A program made the position numbers and the translations under genes. From contig JAQGDQ010002064.1 of NCBI GenBank assembly GCA_030141605.1, positions 1 to 16,134 on the forward strand: 16,134 nt of DNA, in the 5' to 3' direction. Numbering within the stretch: the first letter of the stretch is position 1; each line of letters begins with the position of its first letter. This document shows positions 7,613 through 16,134 of this stretch, piece after piece. The notes beneath the pieces are model-generated. The model saw only the letters and a program-made list of their open reading frames with translations. It was not told the origin of the DNA and searched no databases. Source of the stretch: Tubiluchus corallicola (lineage: Eukaryota; Animalia; Priapulida).

Positions 7613-10600
7613 TTTCAAACTTACAAATGTAATATTTACCTATAAGTACAGTGAGCTGCTGTCAGGATTACCGATTCACTAATGACTGATCCACCACAGA
7701 AAAAACTGTTATATCTCAACAGTGCTACCTGTAAATTATAATATAATCTTGTTAGGTAGGCGTGTATGCGTGCGTGTGCGTGCATGTGTATGTGTATACA
7801 AGAAATTAGTTAAAAAACAAAGGATCACATTATTGTTATAAGAAATAGCTGTCGTACTATTTAATATAGAATTTAAGTCTAACGTTATGTTTGAAAGTTG
7901 TGTCTGGTATAGTGTAGTATAGTACAGTACGGTGCGGTGCGGTGCGGTGCGGTGCGGTGCGGTGCGGTACGGTACGGTACGGTACGGCACGGCACAGCAC
8001 AGCACAGCACAGTATAGCACAGTACAGTACAGCACAGCACAGCACAGCATAGCACAGCACAGCACAGCACAGCATAGCACAGTACAGTACAGTACAGTAC
8101 AGCACAGCATAGCACAGTACAGCACAGCACAGCACAGCACAGAACAGCGTAGCACAGTACAGCATAGTTATTTCATTATAGTGTCACCTTTCATTTTACA
8201 TCAATTTGCCACTCTATCAACAGAGTAATGAGACACATTTAATCATCAAACAAACATTAAAGCATTTCACGAGTTAAACATTAGACTAGTTAAAAATGTT
8301 TCTTCTTTCCAGCACTAGGCGGCAGGTTTTGGCACATTCTTCTAAACAAATACATGTATCACCTGACAGTATCTGATATAATTTATCATTATTGTTGAGC
8401 CACAAGTTGAGACCTAGGTTTGTATTGATAATGTCTCAAATTATCTTTTGTACGAATTTTTCAGTTTTTCACTCTCCGCGGGAAATTGAGAGTTTCGTGG
8501 TGCGCCAATTTATATAACAATTCCTATAACAATTATTGGTTAATATGAAAATAATAATAATAATTAGTTTTGTCTGTCTAACCTGATAAGGGTAATCGGT
8601 AATTGATACTTGGTGACCACCCACTATCTTAGAATCATCATTAACAGGCTTCCATCCTAAAAATAAAAAAAAACAAATAAATAGTTGAAATTATGTGTTT
8701 CTTATTCCTACGTATGTAACCGATGTTTTAGATAAAAGAAATGTAAGTACATTTCAAAGTCTTAAGGTACGACTTCGTGCGCGCGTAACGCGTGCTGCGC
8801 AATACGTATACAACAGTTTATATTTAAGCACGTAGAAGTATTTCCATGTGTACGTAATGCGTTATCCGTAATGCGCGATGCGTAATGCGTAATGGACATA
8901 CAAGAGTTTATATTTGAACACATAGAAGTCTTTCCATTTGTACGTCCTGCGTAATCCGTAATGCGCGATGCGTTATGCGTAATGAACATACAAGAGTTTA
9001 TATTTGAACACGTAGAAGTCTTTCCATGTGTACGTAATGCGTAATCCGTAATGCGCGATGCGTAATGCGTAATGAGCATACAAGAGTTTATATTTAAACA
9101 CGTAGAAGTCTTTCCATGTGTACGTAATGCGTAATCCGTAATGCGTGATGCGTGATCCGTATTCACTAGGACGTAATGGCTATCGACTCAGTACGCACCG
9201 CGCAGCAACACGCAGACGCGAAATCGCCACTGCAACTATATCTTCATTACTGTCACGCTGAAATTTCGATAAAGGAATGACTTCCAAAAATTATTATTCC
9301 TACAGTTCAATTTCCTACATTTACGAATAACTAATGACGGAAGGAGCGCCACGAACTTTGTTAATACGCACAGCGCACGCACTCATGGAAACAGTCAGTA
9401 CGAATTACGGATCTCACATTACGCATTACGCGCGCGTGGAGTCGTAGCTCTAGTCGTAACTAATAGTCATTTTAAAGTTTACATGTTTACCTAGAAGCAT
9501 ACAATGATTGAATTTTTAGTTGTCTCATTTCACTTAAGATTGATTAGGTTGTACAATATACTGGGACTACGTAGCCAGTTTCAGGCATGAGGAGAGCAAA
9601 TTCGTTGCATAGGCTAGTCATACTGATACACTAAATACATTTAAAAATGGTAACTGCAGAAGTTCCATAATTCTAAAGAAATCTCTAAAACCATTTGCTA
9701 AATCAGAATTTACAGTATTTTAAACAGTTCTGGTATATACAAATATATAAACAAATTAAAACTGAAGTCAATTTTTACAGGTACTTCAGAGCATTTATTA
9801 TTAAAACAACACAATTTTTATTAAAAACTTTAACTTACAATTATTTAAAAAAAATGGCCAAACGTATCGACAGCAGTCCAGCTGTCATCATCAGTGGTCA
9901 CTATACAAACAATAAACAATTTATTTAGGCAGAGCCTACAGTATAGAACATTAATAATAGTATAGCATTAGAATATATTTTCTATACTGTAGGCTCTGCC
10001 TATATAAACTGGTTGTTGTTTGTATGCTGACGGCTGCGATTAGAGTTTATATTTAAACACGTAGAAGTCTTTCATGCGCGCGTATCGCGTAATGCGTGAT
10101 CCATAATGCGTACTGACTGTTTCCATGAGTCCGCGAACGCTGTGCGTATTAACAAAACTCATGGCGCTTTTTCCGCAATTTGTTATTCGTAAATGTAAGA
10201 AATTGTAAGCGTAAGAATAATAATTTTTGGAAGCCATGCCTTTATCGAAATTTTAGCGCGACAGTAATGAAGATATAGTAGCAGCCTTGGTTTCCTGTCT
10301 GCGTATTGCTGCGTGATGCGTACTCAGACGGTAGCCATCACGTTTGGACATGTTTTTTTATACAATTGTAAGTTAAAGTTTTTAATAAAAGTTGTGTTGT
10401 TTTAATAATAAACTCATTCGCATGTGCATGACCTCACAAACGATCTTATTTGATGCGCACTGAAGACAATTTATGAGCAAATGACGATCACCGTTTAGAA
10501 AACAAACAAACAATGCGAAGGAAAACAAGAAAAATGACTCACCCGCTGGAAGTCTCGGCCAGACGGGCCTGTGTGGGACTTGCGGCGCAGCCCAAGTGAT

Positions 10601-10633
10601 TCCAATCAAAGCAAGCAGAACGAGGTACTTCAT
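3377..10633 (-). CDS. Trypsinogen (S1A trypsin-like serine protease), 7 exons, 272 aa
   Basis: Manually spliced exons 10633-10543, 8656-8583, 7728-7640, 6281-6212, 5614-5428, 4777-4632 and 3538-3377 total 819 nt. All introns are GT-AG with compatible phases (1,0,2,0,1,0). Protein: [18 protein letters not shown]...DDSK|IVGG...CGGS..LTAAHC...DNDVSLL...SGWG...KDACQGDSGGP...[21 protein letters not shown]...TNM*. Asp189, Gly216 and Gly226 indicate trypsin specificity; 6 Cys in the mature domain, as in invertebrate trypsins. Confidence 0.96.
3688..4092 (+). mobile_element. Non-autonomous DNA transposon fragment (Kolobok-like, TTAA|AGG terminus), copy 1
   Basis: Begins TTAAAGGAAAAGTCA; colinear with 5639-5980 and 6020-6197; four ~21-bp repeats TTACGGAAAGCCACGATGC at 4010-4092. 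Confidence 0.65.
4263..4570. repeat. Minisatellite, 72-bp unit, ~4.3 copies
   Basis: GATAACAGT recurs at 4263, 4335, 4407, 4479 and 4551. Confidence 0.95.
4632..4777 (-). CDS. Trypsinogen exon 6 (S1 pocket Asp189)
   Basis: (G)[48 protein letters not shown]; acceptor TTACAG, donor CAG|GTAAGA. Confidence 0.96.
4920..5390 (+). mobile_element. LINE-type 3' UTR remnant whose AATAAA+(TTGAA)n end is tandemly triplicated (~91-101-bp unit, 5118-5390)
   Basis: Three copies of TGAATGTACATTGGTTCTTGTGAAAAATAAAAAATCATTGAATTGAATT...AACACATTGTGCGGTA.TTGCCA; upstream hairpin AGGGT..GCTATAGC..ACCCT. Confidence 0.55.
5428..5614 (-). CDS. Trypsinogen exon 5 (catalytic Asp102)
   Basis: [28 protein letters not shown]...[12 protein letters not shown]; acceptor CATAG, donor G|GTAAAA. 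Confidence 0.96.
5639..6197 (+). mobile_element. Kolobok-like element, copy 2 (5639-5980) plus a partial third copy (6020-6197)
   Basis: Same TTAAAGGAAAAGTCA...TTCTAGGAGGTTAG start; the block TTCTTC..CCAATGACGTCATT...AGCTAATTTTG occurs twice. Confidence 0.65.
6212..6281 (-). CDS. Trypsinogen exon 4
   Basis: Acceptor GTTACAG; (R)[23 protein letters not shown]; donor CAG|GTGAGT. Phases fit both neighbouring exons. Confidence 0.92.
6360..6479 (+). rRNA. 5S rRNA-derived sequence (SINE head, not a tandem 5S rDNA unit)
   Basis: CTACGGCCATATCACGTTGAAAACACCGGTTCTCGTCTGATCACCGAAGTTAAGCAACG...TTAGTACTTGGATGGGTGACCGCC..GGAATACCAGGTGCTGTAGGCTT; box A and box C intact; first 2 nt replaced; no oligo-T terminator after it. 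Confidence 0.92.
6362..6915 (+). mobile_element. 5S-derived SINE (SINE3) with RTE-like body and 3' tail
   Basis: 5S head, then a GC-rich body with no TTTT run, a TGTCT-TTCG-AGACA hairpin (6868-6881), GGATGC and a (CAA)8 tail (6891-6914); degenerate flanking direct repeats 6332-6361 and 6917-6943. Confidence 0.85.
7012..7330 (+). mobile_element. Possible further Kolobok-like fragment of a different family
   Basis: TTAAAGGAC start and internal ATGACGTCAC; no right terminus seen. Confidence 0.25.
7547..7615. repeat. (TATT)n microsatellite
   Basis: About 17 perfect units, close to the exon 3 donor. Confidence 0.97.
7640..7728 (-). CDS. Trypsinogen exon 3 (catalytic His57)
   Basis: Acceptor TTTACAG; [29 protein letters not shown]; donor AG|GTAAAT, phase 2. 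Confidence 0.96.
7912..8166. repeat. Compound pentanucleotide microsatellite (AGTAC/GGTGC/GGTAC/AGCAC/AGCAT)
   Basis: Direct inspection; it explains the spurious Cys-rich ORFs at 7736-8228. Confidence 0.97.
8583..8656 (-). CDS. Trypsinogen exon 2 (activation site)
   Basis: Acceptor TTTTTAG; encodes (G)[24 protein letters not shown]; donor CAG|GTTAGA. Absent from the ORF track. Confidence 0.95.
8765..9449. mobile_element. MITE with ~29-bp imperfect TIRs and an internal 90-bp tandem repeat (possibly PIF/Harbinger-like)
   Basis: Left AGGTACGACTTCGTGCGCGCGTAACGCGT vs right reverse complement AGCTACGACTCCACGCGCGCGTAATGCGT (24/29); flanks TTA/CTA; AGTTTATATTT at 8815, 8905, 8995 and 9085. Confidence 0.7.
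9800..10030 (-). mobile_element. Penelope-like element terminal-repeat fragment, copy B, with partial inverted duplication
   Basis: Homologous to 2935-3090; perfect 23-bp inverted repeat 9926-9948 / 9980-10002. Confidence 0.55.
9855..9900 (-). ncRNA. Minimal type I hammerhead ribozyme motif (Penelope-like), GAAA mutated to GAUA
   Basis: Minus strand reads UGACCA CUGAUGA U GACAGC UGGACU GCUGUC GAUA CGUU UGGCCA: perfect 6-bp stem II, stem I 5 of 6 pairs, ACGU palindrome at the stem III position. Confidence 0.7.
10042..10343 (-). mobile_element. Partial inverted copy of the 8765-9449 MITE family
   Basis: 10073-10343 is the diverged reverse complement of ~9170-9440 (e.g. CTATATCTTCATTACTGTC / GACAGTAATGAAGATATAG). 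Confidence 0.85.
10543..10633 (-). CDS. Trypsinogen exon 1 (signal peptide and start of propeptide)
   Basis: ATG at 10633; [30 protein letters not shown]; donor G|GTGAGT at 10542, phase 1. Confidence 0.9.
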
Positions 10634-10678
10634 CTTGACAGGTTTCACTTAATGCTCGTCTAATTTAAGCCTGAGAGA

Positions 10679-10686
10679 CTTTTATA
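10679..10686 (-). promoter_or_regulatory. TATA box of the trypsinogen gene
   Basis: TATAAAAG on the minus strand 46 nt upstream of the ATG; an Inr-like GCATT lies ~30 nt downstream (10655-10651); AGATAA (GATA site) at 10705-10700. Confidence 0.7.
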
Positions 10687-11707
10687 CTCGTTCCCAACTT
10701 TATCTTGTGGGAAGCGAACATGACTGTCACGATTTTCCTGGGCCACAAGGTAAACATAAACACGATAAACAAGTAAATAAACTACGATTATTTTGACCCT
10801 TAAGCTACCATTTGTTTCGGTTCTGTTGACCAGTTGCTGTGCAAAGAATTAATATTTTTTTATATTAATTTTTTATTTGTCATTAAAATGGTTCACTCGT
10901 TATAATAAAATTGAGCTAGCCTCAGCGTAATGTTAAGATAACAACATTGTTCAAGACAAATGCGTCCAGTGCAGAGGAAAAAAAAACTAAAGTGCAAAAC
11001 TAAGGTCCAATTATATACAATAAATGAACATATTTACAAACAACATATTAAAATATTTTTACAAAACAATATTACAAAAGTACATTAAATTTTACATGAC
11101 ATATTTTACACTGTATACACATTTGACATGACACAATTAACAGAAACATGCTTTACATTACATAAATTTCACTCATTACATTAACACTACTTATACATTT
11201 GACATTACAAAACGATCATAACACGTATTACATTACATAATTTCTTTTTAAATTTTCATTTTTAATCGTTTTATGGAGTCAGGGGCGGGGGTAGATGAAA
11301 GTTGAGTCTGTGTAATTAGTATCAGATGCACAATGTGGAAGTTGAAACCTGTTATATTGATATTCTTTTAATTTCTTTTTAAAATGGTAGAGAGATTCTA
11401 TTTGTTTACTTCACTTGTTTTAATTAGCAAATGTGAGGCTTAGACAAAACGTCTAGCTGCTTGTTAATATGTGACGCTTAGTTTCCGAGATACGGATCTT
11501 TTTGGAATAATTCAAAAACTGATAGAGCAGCTCGACAAAGTTTGGTGAGCATGTGGCCAGGATAGAGCGTCACCTCAGCCAATACTTTCGGTTAGTGACA
11601 AATGCGACCAAAGCAAAATAAAATACTTCATCGTGGGAGTTTTAAGAATGTTGGAAATAAACTTAAATGCTTTATGAAGTGGATTCTCTACAGTTGCTTC
11701 TACTTAT

Positions 11708-12141
<434 letters not shown>

Positions 12142-12605
12142 CTACTTATCTTGTGAGAATTGAACACAGCTGTGACGACTATGGTTGCTTGATGTAAATA
12201 AGCTGATTAGTTACACAAACAAGTAAACAAATAAGACAAGTCGTGTTTTCCTTTCAAAAATTTCATCTTTGTGGCTGTCCTTTTACAGTTAGTTTGTTTG
12301 CAAAAAGCGCAAATAAATCATACAGGATTCCGTTAAAAAGTTTGAATAATTTTAGTGTCTCTTCGTATTTCTCTGTTCCCGGTCTTAATCTCTTCATGAC
12401 AGATCAGTTTAAACAAGTGTAGTTCTTGTTTACCTGACAATTTGATGAGAATTTGTCCACCTGTAGAATGTTGAAGGGAAAGTTGTGACCAAGCAAATGC
12501 AAGTGCTGCCTGCTGATAATTTGCCTTCTCGTTGAAAACCGAATTTGCGTCTAAAAATTTCGCTTTGAAGCGGGTTAAAATGTTTCTTCCCTGAAAGTAT
12601 ACTTT

Positions 12606-12970
12606 TACTAGAGAATTCGATTCGAACGAGTTTTTTTTTAGTTCAAACTCGATTCGAATCCAAAACTATAGATTCGAATGATTCAGCACTTCAATCACAC
12701 ATGTTCCTGATCATTAAAACGATTGAAACATCATGCAATTAGCATAATTTAGCTGTGATTTCTGCGCACAATTTTAATAAATTACTAGTCGTTTTATTGC
12801 AGAACAAAATCTAGTGATATGCATGATCTTTGTAAGACTAATTTTTACAGGTGGTTCGAAAACTTGTTCGAAAATCTTTCGATCTCAATTCGAATTCGAA
12901 ACACTGAAGCTCGGTTCGATTCGAATTCGAAAGTCACAAATTCGGCTCGATTCGAATTCGCCTTCTGGTA
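12606..12970. mobile_element. Degenerate MITE with TTCGAA/ATTCG-rich subterminal repeats
   Basis: Imperfect inverted ends TACTAGAGAATTCGATTCGA / TCGATTCGAATTCGCCTTCTGGTA, with clustered TTCGA motifs at both ends; no clear TSD. Confidence 0.5.
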
Positions 12971-13249
12971 GAGAACGCTCACACCTAACTTTTACTGATA
13001 TTTGATATAAGAGGAAGAAACAATAAATACAAAATTTTTAACTAAAACTAAAATCTTCCATAACAGAACGTATAACTGTGACCGACGCCGATTTACCATT
13101 GATATAATCTATGACTTAGTTTCCTCGTATATAGAACTGGGATAGCGTTTTGTGAAGTCGTACTGAGGGTCCGAAATTTCTTCAAATTTTTCGGTTGTTT
13201 GATACTTACTACATCATCCATCCACGTCTGACCGCGTTATAAGTACGTT

Positions 13250-13600
13250 TATATAAGTTTATTTGTTTCCACTCTGCATCTAACAGTTATAATAAAAATA
13301 CAGATAATTTCACTGAAGTAAATATAAATGCAATATTATACAGAAATTACAAAGAGATTCTTATGCAGCATATACGTGTGCAAATTACGTTACAGAGTAA
13401 TTTTGATGCATACAGTTTGAGCCTAAAAACATAGCTTGACAGGCCAAACTGTACGTGGAAATCTTGGAAATCTTAAAGAAGTGATTAATAATTGAAATAA
13501 TAATAATATATACATAAAAGTGGGGGGAGTAGTGAATGAAAGATGAAATGGAGCGAGAACTAAGAGAAACTGTGATCATGATTATAAAGTGTTCAGTAAC
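13250..13600 (-). mobile_element. Degraded LINE 3' UTR remnant
   Basis: Minus-strand hairpin TACAGTTTGGCCT...AGGCTCAAACTGTA (13411-13453), TGTA-rich tract and terminal AATAAA; same architecture as 2500-2790. Confidence 0.45.
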
Positions 13601-14429
13601 CAGTTGAGCATAGTCACGTTTTATTAAGATTACTGTGGAAAAAGAATGTAGATGATTACCATTATCAAACTGTAATCACCTGCATTTATACCGTTTTTGC
13701 CATTTATGAAAGGCATGTCTATGTGAACAGACGATCAGTGACGAATTCACTGTATCAGTGTCGTCATCAGTGTAATTTTGTTGTTATTTTGCTGCTAATT
13801 TATCGAATCACCTTGCAGAAGCAGTGTAAAATCGGACTAATGATTCCGGGAGAATAAATGATCATTTGTATTATTATTTACTGAAGTATCGATAAAAGAA
13901 TCCAGGAAAATTTGATTCAGGAATATGAACACTATCAAAGATTAAATCATGATTAAGGGACCAAGCGATGGAATGTGTCTTAAATTTTTGTAAATAATGC
14001 TAAAACTTTGGTCTGATATTAGTAGACGTTCCCTTTAATTAAAATGTAGAATCCATATACGTTGATGGTATGAACATATAGATTTATAGATAGCACACTT
14101 ATAAATAGATATAGATAGATCGTATAGTACACTAATTTCCAACATCAAAAAACATGGTAACACATGGTAACACTTACCATTTATCTGCTTTGATATCATA
14201 AATACAAATCTATATCGTATTTTTGGCATATGTATATCACATTATATCCCATACATGATACAGCTGAAGCCAGACAATTACCGCTATGATAACATGTATA
14301 AAAGAAGATTACATATCATGTAAATTATTTCTATACTGCGCTTTGTCGTATTGGAAATATGGGACAGAAAATGCCTAGGTGATTTTCCTGGAAGTTTCCA
14401 TAGCTGTCTCGCACCTATGTTCCAGGTTA

Positions 14430-14645
14430 TAGTATGGTTACAGTGTTAATAAAGTGGTTCTAGTGTTAATAACTACGGAACCTATATTCCACGTGATTAT
14501 AGTTTAAATAACGTCGTACATTAACATTGCAAAAATGGCTTTCCCTGGGGTGCCGTCCTGGGACCACAATTCTGATACTTCTAAATTAAAATTAATGATG
14601 AAATTAATTGTCCATAAATTATTTTACTTGGCAGACTACACCAGT
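14430..14645 (+). pseudogene. Highly decayed non-LTR reverse transcriptase fragment
   Basis: KWF (~14452), GFPWGAVLGPQF (14537-14572; cf. GVPQGSVLGPLLF), IND and YLADYT (14626-14643; cf. FADDT) occur in the correct order, broken by stops and frameshifts. Confidence 0.4.
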
Positions 14646-15044
14646 GAAGTAGCTACTGACATGCAGGTCTAACTAACCCCATAACTACTCCACGGACATG
14701 AGTGCTAATGTGTTATGTGTGGATCGAAGTCAGTGAACATGCATTCTGTGTCCGGCATTTACGAGACGAGTGGTTCTCGTAGATCGTGTTACATCACAGG
14801 AATCCAGTAAATGGATTAGGAAGCTGTTTGCACGTGGTGACACGATATATAGACAGAGCGTAGAATGCACTCACATGAATTTGAATTCGATTATTGTAGG
14901 AGGAATCTGAGCAAAGCAATGACATTCTGCACCATGCTCTGAAATGTTGGTGGATCTTCTGTATTCTACAATTCTGACATACAGTCACGTTCAGTATCTT
15001 CATCTTGCAGTGACTGTTTAGTTAAGTAAATAAGTAAATAACTA

Positions 15045-16134
15045 AGTACAGAATTACTACAAGTTAAACTACAGAATTACTACAAGTAAAGCTTAAGAGT
15101 TACTACAAGTAAAGTTTCAAAATTAGTACATGTAAAACTACACAATTACTACAAGTTAAACTATAGAATTACTACAAGTAAAACTACAGAATTACTACAA
15201 GTGAAACTACAGAATTACTACAAGTAAAGCTTCAAAATTAGTACATGTAAAACTACACAATTACTGTAAGTTAAACTATAGAATTACTACAAGTAAAATA
15301 CAGAATTACTACAAGTAAAATACAGAATTACTACAAGTAAAATACAGAATTACTACAAGTAAAATACAGAATTACTACAAGTAAAATATAGAATTACAAC
15401 AAGTAAAACTACAGCGTTAGTACAAGTAAAACTATAGAGTTACTACAAGTTAAACTACAGAATTACTACAAGTAAAACTACAGAATTACTACAAGTAAAA
15501 CTACAGAATTACTACAAGTAAAACTACAGAGTTGCTACAAGTAAAGCTACAGAGTTACTACAAGTAAAACTATAGAGTTACTACAAGTAAAATACAGAAT
15601 TACTACAAGTAAAACTACAGAATTGGTACAAGTAAAATACAGAATTACAACAAGTAAAACTACAGCGTTAGTACAAGTAAAACTATAGAGTTACTACAAG
15701 TTAAACTACAGAATTACTACAAGTAAAACTACAGAATTACTACAAGTAAAACTACAGAATTACTACAAGTAAAATACAGAATTACTACAAGTAAAATACA
15801 GAATTACAACAAGTAAAACTACAGCGTTAGTACAAGTAAAACTATAGAGTTACTACAAGTTAAACTACAGAATTACTACAAGTAAAACTACAGAATTACT
15901 ACAAGTAAAACTACAGAATTACTACAAGTAAAACTACAGAGTTGCTACAAGTAAAACTACAGAGTTACTACAAGTAAAACTATAGAGTTACTACAAGTAA
16001 AATACAGAATTACTACAAGTAAAACTACAGAATTGGTACAAGTAAAATACAGAATTACAACAAGTAAAACTACAGCGTTAGTACAAGTAAAACTATAGAG
16101 TTACTACAAGTTAAACTACAGAATTACTACAAGT
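15045..16134. repeat. Satellite/minisatellite, 22-23-bp unit, runs off the window end
   Basis: Unit CTACAGAATTACTACAAGTAAAA with 22-bp variants; 410-bp higher-order periodicity. Confidence 0.98.

Noticed and set aside
7736-8228. Cys-rich or repetitive ORFs (metallothionein- or keratin-like)
   Set aside because: Translations of a pentanucleotide microsatellite in intron 2
12606-12970. TTCGAA/GAATTC cluster as heat-shock elements
   Set aside because: Lacks the nGAAnnTTCn spacing; better explained as MITE subterminal repeats
13735-13775. Minus-strand CTGATGA followed by the hairpin CACTG-ATA-CAGTG
   Set aside because: Followed by GAAT rather than GAAA, and the spacing does not fit the hammerhead core

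Overview
AT-rich invertebrate (metazoan, probably lophotrochozoan-like judging from the 5S sequence) genomic DNA. The ORF track mostly misses the one real gene: a complete 7-exon trypsinogen on the minus strand, join(10633..10543, 8656..8583, 7728..7640, 6281..6212, 5614..5428, 4777..4632, 3538..3377), 819 nt and 272 aa. It has a signal peptide, a Pro-rich propeptide ending DDSK|IVGG, an intact His/Asp/Ser triad, Asp189 specificity and a TATA box. Introns and flanks are packed with repeats: (i) a ~555-nt composite SINE with a full 5S rRNA head, an RTE-like body, a 3' UUCG hairpin and a (CAA)n tail; (ii) two Penelope-type minimal hammerhead ribozyme motifs on the gene's sense strand, one in intron 1 and one just upstream of the first canonical AATAAA after the stop codon; (iii) hAT, Harbinger-like and Kolobok-like MITEs, the last carrying CRE octamers; (iv) L2/CR1-type LINE remnants; (v) several minisatellites and microsatellites, including a 22-23-bp satellite with a 410-bp higher-order repeat. 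Family assignments of the repeats come from pattern recognition, not database searches.
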